Positions 38,105 through 50,066 of a DNA stretch of 64,000 nucleotides are shown here, in pieces (position 1 is the first letter of the stretch; each line of letters opens with the position of its first letter). Made by a program: the position numbers and the translations under genes. Where the stretch lies: the NCBI RefSeq assembly GCF_018350175.1, contig NC_058368.1:120468001-120532000 (forward strand), given 5' to 3'. Below the pieces are notes generated by a model, which was not told the origin of the DNA, searched no databases, and worked only from the letters and a program-made list of their open reading frames with translations. This DNA is from Felis catus (Eukaryota).

Positions 38105-39415
38105 TGTTTTCATTGTAGTTGACATACAATGGTACATTCATTTCGGGTGTACAACATAGTGATTCAACAATTCTATACATTCACAAAGCTCACCATGGTA
38201 AGTATAGTTACCATCTGTTACCATACAAAATTATTACAATACTTTTGACAGTTTTCCCTATGCTGTACTTTTCATTTTCAAGACTTATTTATTTTATAAC
38301 TAGAACTTTGTACTTTTTAAACTCCTTCACCTACTGCACCCATCATCCACCTTTCCCATCTGGCAACCACCATTTTGTTCTCTGTATTTAAGAATCTGCT
38401 TTTCATTTGTTCATTTGTTTTGTTTTTTATATTCTACATACAAGTGAAATCATATAGTATCTCTCTTTCTCTGACTTAATGCACCCAGCATGATGCCCTC
38501 TGGGTCCACCTGTGTTATTAGATATGGCAAGATCGCATTCTTTTTTATGGCTAAATACTATTCCTGTGTGTGTGTTTACCATATTTTCTTTATTCATCTT
38601 TTGATAACACTTAAGTCTATTTTATGATCTTGGCTATTCCAAATAATGCTGTGATAAACAGGGTGCATATATCTTTTCAAATTAGTGTTTTTGTTTTCCT
38701 TGGGTAAAAAGCAGTGGAATTACTGGATTGTATGCCATTTCTAATTTTAATTTTTAGAGGAAACTCCATACTGTTTTCCAGAGTGGCTGAACCAATTTAC
38801 ATTTACATTAGTAGCACACAAGGGTTCTCTTTTCTCTATATCCTTGGCAAAATGTGTTATTTCTTATTTTTGTGATACTAGCCATTCTGACAGGTATAAG
38901 GCGACATTTCACTGAGGTTTTGATTTACATTTCCTTGATGACTAATGATGTTGAGCTTCTTTCCATGTGTTTCTTAGCCATCTATATGGCTTCTTGGAAA
39001 AACAGCAATTTGGCCCATGTTTTTACTAGGTTATTTCGGTCTTGGTGTTGAATTGTATGAATTATTTATATATTTTGGATATTTAACCATTATAAGATAC
39101 TTTATTTACAAATATCCTTTCCTATACAATAGGTTTCCTTTTTGTTTGTTGATCATTTCCTTTTTGTTCAAAAGACTTTTAGTTTGATGTAGTCCCAGTA
39201 GTTTATTGTTGCTTTTGTTTCCTTGCATGAGGAAAATAGATCAATAAAAAGGTTGCTAAGGCCAATGTCCAATTATGGTGTATGTTTTCGTCTAGGAGTT
39301 TTATGGTTTCAGGTCTCACAATTGGGTTTTTAATCCATTTTGAGTTAATTTTTGTGTATGATGAATCTAAGTGGCCCAGTTTCTCTTCTGCATGTAGCTG
39401 TCCAGTTTTTCCACA
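38105..39415 (-). mobile_element. Carnivore-age L1 3' end, 5'-truncated
   Basis: 3'UTR gttgacatacaat...ggtgtacaacatagtgattcaaca; ORF2 remnant YTKINSKWIK...RPETIKLL.EN. Confidence 0.93.
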
Positions 39416-39439
39416 CCTCAGGGCAGATGTACCAAGAGT

Positions 39440-39888
39440 CATGTGGAATCTACAAAGTTTATAAGTAGTCTGTGACTATCCCATGAATTGATATGCTGTG
39501 AGAAAGCCCAGATAGCCATGCAAGAGATCACCTGGAGAGAAAAAGATATTCAGCCAACTCCAGCTATTCTAATCAGTTCTGCCAAAATACCAGACACATG
39601 AGTGAAGAAACCATTTTATATATTCCAGGAGATGTAATACAGAAAAGAAATGAGGAATCTAGCTGACAGCCAGAATGATACATGAAACTCCTCAAACCAT
39701 CCAGCCATCTTTAGTCATTGGGGCCACACAAACTGAGGGCCCAGTAATGGTGGAGCAGAGGCCAGCCATCTCTTCTTTGTCCTACCCTAACTCATGACTT
39801 ACAGAACTATGAGTTTAATAAAATCACTGTCCTGGCATGCCACTAAACTGTGGGGTGGTTTGCTATGTGTCATAAGTTAACCAGAGCA
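39440..39888 (+). mobile_element. MLT1G/H-like solo LTR
   Basis: ccagacacatgagtgaagaa.ccattt; ends aataaaatc...gccactaaactgtggggtggtttgctat...taaccagagca. Confidence 0.8.
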
Positions 39889-39932
39889 ATTTTAATAACC
39901 TGGAATGGCTCATACAATTAAGAGAAAAACTT

Positions 39933-40049
39933 AGGGGCGCCTGAGTAGTTCAGTTGGTTAGGCATCCAACTCTTGATGTCTGTTCTTGATCTCAGGGTAG
40001 TGAGTTCAAGCCCCATGTTGGCTCCATGCTAGGTGTGAAGGCTATTTTT

Positions 40050-40102
<53 letters not shown>
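39933..40102 (+). mobile_element. Short older CanSINE with (GA)n tail
   Basis: ggggcgcctgagtagttcagttggttag...gagttcaagcccc; (GA)n at about 40052-40102. Confidence 0.85.
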
Positions 40103-40104
<2 letters not shown>

Positions 40105-41199
40105 CTTAAGAACTAGGTCCTGAAAGCACAAGTAACCAGCAGCTCTAGAAACTTTGGTAACAGAAGCCAATGAAAAATCTCTTCTGGACCCACCATCACA
40201 TACTATCATTTCCAATCTTTGAATTATTCTACTCAAGATTAAAATGCCAGGGAGAGACTATCTCATTGGCTTGTAAATTGTTTCCCTTCTTATATCTAGG
40301 GTGGATCATCTCAGCTAAATCACTTGGACTAAGAGTATGGAAAGGATTCCTTGCCAAAGCAAAATCAAGATGTTCTACTAGATGAAGGAGAAATGCACTG
40401 GGGGGGAGGAAAACAACAACCAAAAATAGTTCCCTTCGTAAAGAAGATTCTTAATTACTGTTTTGTTTTGTTGTTTTTTTTTTTTTTTACTTGATTCCTT
40501 TGACTTAAGTGTCTCAAAAAGCAAAGTGGCTGCCTTCAAAGAGATTTCTACATGAGCTAATTATTAAATGTGAGCTCTAGGGGAAAAAAAAAGTATCATT
40601 TTATTGTTTGAAAGCATTTTAATTTAATTTGTGTCTAACATTTAAGCAAAGAAAATTATCTTCATGAAGCTTTTGGAGGAATCCACCCGAGTTTCATTTT
40701 CTGACCGTTTCAAAGTACAATCTCACTGCCACCACAGTATGCTTTGTGAGTTAACAGCAGATGAGGACTTTCACACCAGAGAAGCACATGAAGCAGTTCA
40801 TCATCATTTGTTTTTATAATTGCCTAAAGCCAAGTACCTTTAATTATGTTCAGTGGCTCCACCATATACATGCTGGGGAGGCCACTATGCGCACAGTGAG
40901 CTGAGCCATGAACCAGGAAACCAGTTGCCTTTTGTGTGGCAAGAGCCATGAGTTATCTCAGGAAATTCTCTCTGATTGGATATAATCAGCCTGGATAGGA
41001 TCAATGTAGAAGGGTTCTCTTAGTTTAAAAGATTCTGCTCTGTGGGATTTTAAGGGGCAAAGGAGATATAACACACACAAATCTACTCTTTTGTTTTTCC
41101 AGAATTACACCTTCCAAATTAATTATAACTATATCCATATCATCCCATTTTTGCATATTTTGCAAGGAAATATTTAAACAATTAACTAACATTGGATTT

Positions 41200-41880
41200 A
41201 AGTGCAATAAATTTAAGTTTTTTGCTTAATGCCAGGTATGGTGCTAGTCACTGGGGTACAAAGGAGAACAAGACAGATGAGTAGCTGACTTCATGGAAGT
41301 AACATAATATTAGAGGAAGCAGGCAATTAGCAAATCATTTTAGATAATAACAAATGCTAGGAAGAAAATATAAACACCTTGTGGAAGAGATTGTGAGGTA
41401 GGAAGTGTCCCAAGAAATCAGGGCCACATACCTAAGGTGGTGACAATTCAACTGAGATCTAAAGAAACAGGAGAAATGATTCAGAGGGGAGAACCTGCAG
41501 GCAGATGACATCATGAGCATCCCTGGGCAGAGGGGCAAACTCAATCCACACACTGACAGAAAGTTGGTTTGTCTGAAGCTAGGCAGGGACCTGCCGCTGT
41601 GAATCCATGGCCTGTCAGGGATTTTATTCAGCGAGAGTCCTTTAGAGTTTTTCACCTAAGGAAATGGTATGGTCTGATGGAAACATTTGAAACACTGCTT
41701 GCTGCTACATGGAGGGGTCAAACTGGAATCAGGAAAAACAAAGATGACTTTGGAAATCCAGATAGGATAAAGTGTTGGCTTAGACAAGGATGATGATAGT
41801 GGAGGAAGGTCAACAAATGAAGGATGTATTTTGGAGACAGTAACAAAAGGTTTTCCTAATTGATTAGTAGTTGGAGGAAG
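41200..41880 (-). mobile_element. L2 fragment
   Basis: atgccaggtatggtgctag...acaagacaga...ggtgacaattcaactgagatctaaag...ggatgtattttggag. Confidence 0.7.
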
Positions 41881-41883
41881 TTG

Positions 41884-41948
41884 TCTCTCTCTCTCTCCCT
41901 CTCTCTCTCTCCATCTCTCTCTCCATCTCTCTCTCCATCTCTCTCTCT

Positions 41949-41978
<30 letters not shown>
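41884..41978. repeat. Compound (CT)n/CCAT polypyrimidine repeat
   Basis: CT runs punctuated by CCAT. Confidence 0.95.
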
Positions 41979-41979
<1 letters not shown>

Positions 41980-42010
41980 GCTTTTCTTATTCAAAGAAAG
42001 AGGGAGGGAA

Positions 42011-42228
42011 GGGGTGCCTGGGTGGCTCAGTCAGCACCTGGGTGGCCCAGAAACCTACTCATGATTTCAGCTCATGTCATGATCTCACAGTAATGAGATA
42101 GAGCCTTGCATTGGGCTCCATGCTTGGCAGGGAGCCTGCTTAAGATTCTCTCTCTCCATCTCTCTGCACCCCCTCCCTTCCTTTGCCCTTCCACCCCGCC
42201 CCCTCTCTCTCTCAATGAGAAAAAAAAA
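42011..42228 (+). mobile_element. CanSINE with duplicated 5' head segment
   Basis: cctgggtggc occurs twice at the 5' end; CT tract and A tail. Confidence 0.9.
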
Positions 42229-42537
42229 CGAAGTTGGGGGAAGGTGTGAAGAGTAGGAAAGGTAGGAAAGTGAATGTGTGGGCAGGGTGAAGGGACACAA
42301 GGATGAGTCATCAATGTTTATTTTAATAATCCGGTGGTTAATGATGCTCTTTATTGGGATTGGGAAGTTGTGGAAAGGAACAATATTCAGGCGTAAAAAA
42401 TCAAAAGTTCTGTGTGGGGGTACGTACAAGAGGACTAGAAAATGCCCAGATAGACGTGCCATGAATTTGGGATTTAAGAGCGTACAAATCTACGGGAAGA
42501 CCTCAAAGACAACATGAGAATGTTTTGAAAACAACGG

Positions 42538-42866
42538 TGCTACTAAGTGTTTGCATCCCCACAAAATTCACATGTCAAAATCCAAACTCCCAGATGTGAT
42601 GGTATCAGGAGGTGGGGTCTTTGGGAGGTGTGTAAGTCATGAGGGTGGGATCCTCGTCAGTGGAATGAGTGCCTCATAAAGGAGGCCTCAGAGGGATCGC
42701 TGGCCCTTCTGGCATCTTAAGACACCAGAGGAGAGCGCTCACCCAACTATACCGGCCTCCTGATCTCGGACTTCTAGTCACCATAACCATGACGAATAAA
42801 TTTCTGTTGTTTATAAGCGACCAGGAGGTCGTATCTCATTTTAGTAGCCCCAGTCAACTCTGGAGC
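42538..42866 (+). mobile_element. MLT1A/A0-like solo LTR
   Basis: cccacaaaattcacatgt...gatggtatcaggaggtggggtctttgggaggtg...aataaatttctgttgtttataagc. Confidence 0.88.
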
Positions 42867-42890
42867 ATCTCTAGGACAGTTTGCCTTTAA

Positions 42891-43048
42891 CAGTGTTTAA
42901 TTGCATCAGAATGACTTAAAGAGCCTGATAAAAAATCACATGCCTGAGTCTCACATATAGATCAGAATGTCCATGATGGCGCCCATGAATATGCATTTTT
43001 AACAGCTCCTCAAGTGATTGTAATGCCTTCCAAACTTTGAAACCTCTG
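42891..43048. mobile_element. MER5-like hAT MITE
   Basis: gcatcagaat...atcagaat...tgcatttttaacagctcc..aagtgatt...aaactttgaaacctctg. Confidence 0.65.
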
Positions 43049-43429
43049 CTCTGAGGTATATTTTCAGGAAATTTTTCTTCTTGAACCCATCTTTCCTTCA
43101 TGGTGAAGATAGACTCTTGAAATTCCCTTTGGGTAATATAAGCAATTCTTATATTTCTTGGTTCAGTTCTCTTTAAAGAAATGAGAAGAAATCAAGGGGA
43201 CACTGGGAGCTTCTTGGACCTCTGGTTTTGTTCCACTGCTGCTTTCCACTGCGGACAGTAGTGGTTGGAGAAGACAGGAAGTCGGTTGTGAATGTTAGTC
43301 TTTGTTAAAATCCCCTTGGGCTAGCCAATGGTTAAAGTAGTTAGAAAAACTGCAATTTGTTGACACAAAGTATTGCAGCTTTGAGTCACAGACTCTTAGT
43401 GTTAGGATCTGGGAAACAAGATCGGAATC

Positions 43430-43580
43430 TGATATCGGCTGCTGTGGTTTACCTCCTGCCCTTCTGCATCTACTCACTGTGTTTTTTGGGCAAGTCACTT
43501 CACATTTCTCTACCTTATCCTCTGTGAATGAGGGAGATGATAATGCCTAGCTCATAAGTCTGTAAAATAGTAGAACAAAT
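43430..43580 (+). mobile_element. MIR
   Basis: actcactgtg..tttgggcaagtcacttcac...gatgataatgcctagctcata. Confidence 0.65.
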
Positions 43581-43879
43581 ATTGATACGAAACTACGCAT
43601 CATCATAAAGGCATATAATTTTCAAGCCAGAAGACACTGTAAATGCCATCCAATACACTCACACTGTAGGTAAGAAGAGTGGGATTCCCAACTGGTCTGG
43701 TGCCAAATGAGAACTAAATCCCAAATTTTAAAGCTTCTACCACTATAGTTTGTTACATAAGTAATTTGATTTCACTCAGTGTCCTTTTCTTGGTCTAAAT
43801 CATAGATCAGTTAAGAGGAGGACCATTTGCCGATATGTATTTGTGAGTTTTAAAAAATAAAATGCCTCTTTCTTCTAAG

Positions 43880-44203
43880 TTTCTATTTAAATTCCAGTTA
43901 ACACACAGTGTGATATTAGTTTCCGGTGTACAATGCAGTGATTTAACACCTCCATAGGGTACTCATCACTCCAAGTGCACTCCTTAGTCCCCATCACCCA
44001 TTTAACCCCTCCCCTCTGCTAACCAGTCACTTTGTTTTTAAGAGTTTCTTACGGTTTCTTGGTTTGTCTCTCTCCTGGTTTTTTCCCCCTTTGCTCACCT
44101 GTTTGGTTTCTTAAATTCCACATATGAGTGAAATCCTAGGGGAATTGTCTTTCTCTACTTATTTCACTTGGCATATTACTCTCTAGCTCCATCCAGGTGG
44201 TTG
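43880..44203 (-). mobile_element. Carnivore L1 3'UTR fragment
   Basis: ttccagttaacacacagtgtgatattagtttccggtgtacaa...aaattccacatatgagtgaaatc. Confidence 0.9.
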
Positions 44204-45284
44204 CCTTGCCACACTATTAAAGAGCAGAAATGCTTTGTGAGGATTGCCTGGCCACTGCACTGAGACTGTACATGTGAAATATCTGCCTGGTGTCTGGTCA
44301 TGCCAAGCCCTCACTCAAGTTGGTTGACTGGAAGCATGTCAGGACAAGCAGGAAAAACAGGCAAATAAGCATTTCCACTGTTGGGACAGTCAGCCTAATA
44401 GCTCCAATGCCCATTCACATTGTGAAATCTCAGGAAAACCCAAGAACAGCAACTCTCCTGAACAGCAATAACACCCAGTATCAGCTAGTAAAAAGGGAGG
44501 CAGACGACAACTTTTCTCCTTTATTTCTGCCTTAAATGTTTGGGGCTTTTTTTGTGCTTTGGTCATCTTAAGACCTTTTTATTTTCTTTCTCTTTTATTT
44601 CTTTGGCGTTTTGATCAGGCTTGCTTATGAATCTAGAGAAGTTCCATTTTGGGGACAGAATCTATAAGAATGGAAATTGGTTTCTAAGCAGCCTCTGAAC
44701 GCTGGCCATGTAATAAATGTCACTGGTGTTGCTTTTCTCTTCTGATGGACTCCTTGTGCCTTATATCTGACAGCTAATGAGCTCCACTAATCAAACTGAG
44801 GAGTAAAAGCTATTTCCCACCCACCCCTCCTACCTGAGAAGGTGAGGGGTTCTAACCCTCACCCTGGCAGACTGACAGACCTGAATGGGAGCAGAATAAC
44901 AAGGAAACCTGGAAGGTTAATTAAGGTACTACCCAAAAGTTGTTTTTAAATGAATTTAATTAACCTGTGATCTCTTAAAATTAGAATATGTTGCAACTAG
45001 AATGAAGGCAAATTTTACTCTACCTTTTTTTTTTAAACTCCATCTTAGAAGACAGAAACTGAGCAAGTCTCTGGGTAAAAAGTAGTGGGGAGAGTGTTAA
45101 TTGCCACCTGGACTTTTCCAAATCTATCTTTATTCCCTATGTGCCTCAGAATGGATGGTTTCCATTCTTGGAGGAAGAATCCATAGCATTAACATCTGGT
45201 GCTGTTGTCAATCATCCAAGTTTCTGGTAGCACACTCCTTCACCAAATGAATATGCTATTCACCCCTCATCATGATTAAGGAGA

Positions 45285-45545
45285 AGTGATACAGTGATGA
45301 AAAGCAGTAAGAGTATGGATAAAGAGTGATTTCATGCTGCCAGAGTCCAAAATCAGCCTCTACAACTTACTAACAGCTTGGCCTATTGAACCTCTCTCTC
45401 TTCTTTTCTCCCTTTTATAAAATAAATTTACGAATAAAGGTATGTACTATAAGGGAATGGGGGAAGAATTAAGACATAATGTCATAATGCATGCAAACTA
45501 TTGAGTACAGGACCTGGAACACAGTATGTTCTCAGTGAATGGCAG
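45285..45545 (+). mobile_element. MIR
   Basis: acttactaac...ttgaacctctct...acaggacctggaacacagtatgttctcagtgaatg. Confidence 0.6.
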
Positions 45546-45604
45546 GGTTGTTTTTTTGTTGCTCTTTGATTTTTTCTTTTTGTTTTTATTTGTTTGTTTG
45601 TTTT

Positions 45605-45787
45605 TAACATGGGGTCCATGACAACCGGGCATAGTTTTACAGATGGGATTCAGAAGATCCCTTACCCGCACCCTGAAAATCTTGCCTACATTTATACCCC
45701 ATGTGCATTCCCTCTAGGGGAGAAATTTCAGTTTTCAAGAGCTTCTTAAAAGAGGTCTATAACCCCAGTATGATAAAGAACAACTTT
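45605..45787. mobile_element. hAT-Charlie-type MITE remnant
   Basis: taacatggggtccatg...ctaggggaga...tcttaaaagaggtctataaccc...aagaacaact. Confidence 0.55.
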
Positions 45788-46739
45788 TATAAGCTCTCCT
45801 CTAATTTTTTTTTTGAGCATTGAGGCTAATACACAGCCACAGTCAGTGAACCTATTACTGATTCTTAGGCAGTAAGCCTCCTGCCTGCTACTCTGCCTGA
45901 TTCCTGTCCATTCCCCTCCCTGGCCTAGCCTAACAGAAATGACAAGAACACAATATGCAACACTCTGAAAAGCATCATGTCACTAGAAGTGTTTGTTGAA
46001 GGAAGGTTTCCCACATGAAATGGGGATTGAGTTGGAAATGGAAGGAAAGCCTAGAGCTTGAATCATTGTGGGTTGGAATAGGATACTGTGTTTTAAGTTA
46101 AAACATAGATGCCTTTTATAAAAAAAATTAATAGTTATACATCTATGTTAATGCATATTATAAAAATATATCCATGATACTGAATATAATATGATCTTAT
46201 AGATAGTAATGTGTGGTGTATGGCTCTGGTAGATTTTTAAGTTTTTTTTTTTAAGTGAGTCAAGTAGTCCTGCATATAATAACAATGTAGCTGGAATTCA
46301 GATACGGTAGAATTATGTCATTTGAACATACATAGCTGAAGTTTTAGAAACATAGGAGCATCAGTCTTTGGGTATTTCTGGAAGGAATAGAACTTTGTCA
46401 CCAAGTCATAGAACATATCTGGAATATTCTAGAGATAATATAAAGAATCATTTTCCTTATATAGATGAATGATCATTCCACATGGCCCTCTAAAGTCCCT
46501 TGGAGATGCCAGGGCTGAGAGGAAGGGGTCAATCATGTTCCTTAGCAATATCACCACACATGTAAATTTACATAGATGACTCATTGAGCTGTCGCCTCAA
46601 TTCTTCAGTTATTCATCAAAAGTGACAGAGGCCGTAATACTTATCAAAATTTGCCCTGGCTGCTTAAGGAAAGATGGTGTGCAGAGGGCACAAGCTTTGC
46701 CCTCAAGGTGCCCACCAGATTTTGGGAAAGATACTGATA

Positions 46740-47145
46740 TACTGATAATGCCTGACCCTCTTTTGGTTGTACAAGCACACCAGCATCTTGTTCAGGGCAA
46801 GGTATTTGCACAGGTTTTCATTTCAGCCTCAAGTACTTTTTTCCCAATACTTCTCATGTCTAGCTTCTTTTCATACATCACATGTCCACATACACTTTAC
46901 TTTCCCCAAGAAGCCTTTCTAATCACCACACTTAAATTGAAAGAGACTTTAATCACATCTTTGTCACATTGTTCATTTATTTAATAGAACTTACCACAAA
47001 ATGTAATTATTTGGCTTGTTGGATTCTTTGATACTTTTCTCATCCCCCACTGAATGTTGGCCTTATGAGAGCATTTTAGTCTTTCCCAAGGCCTAATACA
47101 TTGTTTACAGCCAGATGTATTAAGACCATTAAGATATATTGAATG
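46740..47145 (+). mobile_element. L2 3' region
   Basis: aagaagcctttct.atcacc...; ends atattgaatgaa. Confidence 0.55.
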
Positions 47146-47373
47146 AAAGAGGGAGGTAGAGAGAGAGTAAGAGGGTATCCACTGCATACATAAAAAACGC
47201 TTCAGGAACAAGAAGGAAGCTCGGAAGTAACTGTAATAAAAATCCTCTAAGAAACAGGTCTATTTATGTATAACAATACTTTTGTCAGGGTGAATAAAAG
47301 TAGTAGAACCTTAGTTTAATCTACACACAAATATTCAGTTTATTTACTCAATGTCAAATACCATTTGAGATAC

Positions 47374-50066
47374 TTTTTTTTTAATGTTTATTTGTTTTGG
47401 TTTGTGGTTGTCATGATGGTTAAATACAGCATCCAATGTATATAGAGTCTATGTTAAGCTGATGATCAGTTAAGTTTGAACACATTGTAAAAGCATTATA
47501 TTTTTGCAATTCCCCATTATATATATGCGTGTGTTGATATTTTATATTTATTTGTGAATTCCTTAACTAATTTTTTTTTCAACGTTTATTTATTTTTGGG
47601 ACAGAGAGAGACAGAGCATGAACGGGGGAGGGGCAGAGAGAGAGGGAGACAGAGAATCGGAAACAGGCTCCAGGCTCTGAGCCATCAGCCCAGAGCCTGA
47701 CGCGGGGCTCGAACTCACGGACCGCGAGATCGTGACCTGGCTGAAGTTGGGCGCTTAACCGACTGCGCCACCCAGGCGCCCCTCCTTAACTAATTTTTGA
47801 GATATAATTAATTCTACTACTTTTGACTCCTTACTGGCCTTATAAGTAATTCATCTAGTCCCTTTATCATATACTGTATTTGCTTTACCCATACATTTTT
47901 TTCTTTTAATTTCTTACTTCTAGTTATGGCCTTTTCTTTTTCATTTAACAGTTCTTGTAAAGCTGATTTAATGGTAATAGATTCTTTTCATTTTTTTTTT
48001 TTGTTTGTTTGTTTGGGAAATTCTTTATCCCTCCTTCAATTCTGAACGATAGCCTTACTGATAGAGTTGTCTTGGTGTAGGTTTTTTTCTTTTAACATTT
48101 TGAACACATCATGACACCTCCTTCTGCCCTGCAATATTTCTGCTAAAAAACTGGTTGATAGCGTTATAAGATTTCCCTTTATGTAACTAGTTGCTTTTCT
48201 TTTTATCTTTTTCTTTGACATTTTAGTTATTATGTGTCTTGGTGTGGACCTCCTTGGATGCATCTTTTTTGGGTTCCCCTATGCTTCCTGTACCTAGAAT
48301 TCTGTTTCCTTCCCCAAATTACGAAAGTTTTCAGCTATTATTTCTTCAAATAAATTTGCTTCCCCTTTCTCTCTCTTTTCCTTCTGGGATCCCTCTAATG
48401 TGAATGCTAGTCTACTTGTTGTCCCAAAGATCCCTTAACCTATCCTCATTTTTTAAAATTCGTTTTGTTTTTTGCAGTTCAACTTGAGTTCCTTCCTATG
48501 TCTTGTTTTCCAGGTCACTGATTTGTTTTTCTGCATATTACAATCTGCATATTCTGCATATTCTAATATTATTTTCTAATAATTTCCTATATTTTCCAAT
48601 TCAGTTATTATATTCTCCAACTCTGGTTCTTTTTTATAGGTTCTATCTTTGTTGATGTTCTCACTGAGTTCATCCATTCTTCTCTCAAGTCTTTTGGACA
48701 TCTTTACAACCATTACTTTGAACTCTTTATCAGGTAGATTGCTTATCTCCCTTTCATTTTGTTCTCTTTCTGAAGTTATATCTTGTGTTGTTGTCTTTTA
48801 TTTTTCCCCCTTTCGTTTGGAGCATATTCCTCTGTCTCCTCCTTGTGTTTGACTTGTTTGTTTCTGTGAATTAGGGAAACAGTTACCTCAACCAGTCTTG
48901 AAGGAGTGGCCTTGTGTAGGAACATCCCCTGTGTAGACTTGTGTGCCTGGCAGGTTAGGCTGGCTGGCTGGAGGTGTAGTGGGCATGGGCTGGATCTTCC
49001 AAGGCACTCTGCACTGGGACCACCCTGGTAGGATGACTAGAGCTCCAGTGGGTGGATGCTGCAGGGTCCCAGAGAACTCTGTACTGGGGCCACCTGGGAG
49101 GGAGAAGGAAATCAGAGAGGACATGGACTGGGCCATTGTATTCTATGCAGGGGGTGCTCTGGCATGCTAGTTGAAGCTGAAATGGGCTTGGTCTGGTTGG
49201 TTCTGATGGCTCCACACTACTGCTGCCTGGTGGGAATGGCTGGAGCTGGGGTGGGCACAGGGGAGATGCTGGTGAGATAGCTGGAGCTTGAAGTGGGTGC
49301 AGGCTGGGGTGCTTCTCACAGGTGGCTCTGTGGTGGGATGGCTAAAGCTGAAGTTGTTGAAAGCCAGTGGTGTCCCAGTATTTTTCATACACTGAGTGCC
49401 TTGGTAAGATGACTGGAACTGTGGTGGGCACAAGCTGGGAGTTTCCCAGTGTGCACCATGCTGGGGCAGCCTTGGTGGGACAATTGGAGCTGGGACATGT
49501 ATAAGCAGGGGGCTATCTTTGAGGAATGGCAGGAGCTGATATGGGATAGGGGCCGGGGCTCACTGATATGTGATAGGTAGTGGGCTAGCTCGAGCACTTG
49601 GACTTGGTCCCCTCCATGCTATCAATATGGAACATAAACAGTGGCGTTCACTAGCACCTCCAACCCTGGAGAGAGTTCCAGCAGCTTTCCCGATGTTTGG
49701 CAGCTCTCTAGTATTAGTAAATAGGTTTCTTTCACTTATAATCTATATTTGGCCTTTAAACCACTGTTTCTGTGTGTTTTCTGTGCTGCAAGTCAGGCAA
49801 ATGTTCTCACAGGCCCCCTAGTAAGGATATTCCTCTCTACTGAAAGTTGCCACATTAGAGTTGGGGTTCCCATCATTACCATGTCTCTGTCTCTCCTGCC
49901 ATTTTCTCTGTGGTCTCTGTATCTTTTGTTGTGTAGAATGTGGTCAGTCAGACAGACCTCAGTTCTTCAGGAGCAGGTGCTCTATAAATAGGTGTAGATT
50001 TGGTGTGTCTGTGGGAGGAGGTGAGTTCATGGTTTTCCTATGCTGTCATCTTGGACCCCTCTTCTC
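47374..50066 (-). mobile_element. L1 5' half: 5'UTR, ORF1 and inter-ORF region, no ORF2
   Basis: ORF1 remnant PRRSTPRHIITKMSK...KGNLITLSTSFLAEILQGRR..HDVFKMLKEKNL (48036-48263); GC-richer 5'UTR; YY1-like CAAGATGAC at 50045-50053 (minus). Confidence 0.9.
47576..47782 (-). mobile_element. Young feline CanSINE (SINEC_Fc-type)
   Basis: CpGs retained; perfect 16-bp TSD TCCTTAACTAATTTTT at 47560-47575 and 47783-47798. Confidence 0.97.

Noticed and set aside
41656..42101. ERERWRE / SLSPSLS ORFs
   Set aside because: Translation of the compound CT repeat.
16200..47860. Idea that the 12-16.5 kb L1 and the 47-50 kb L1 are two halves of one split element
   Set aside because: They overlap by roughly 250 bp of the same inter-ORF sequence with substantial divergence, and older repeats lie between them; they are independent copies.
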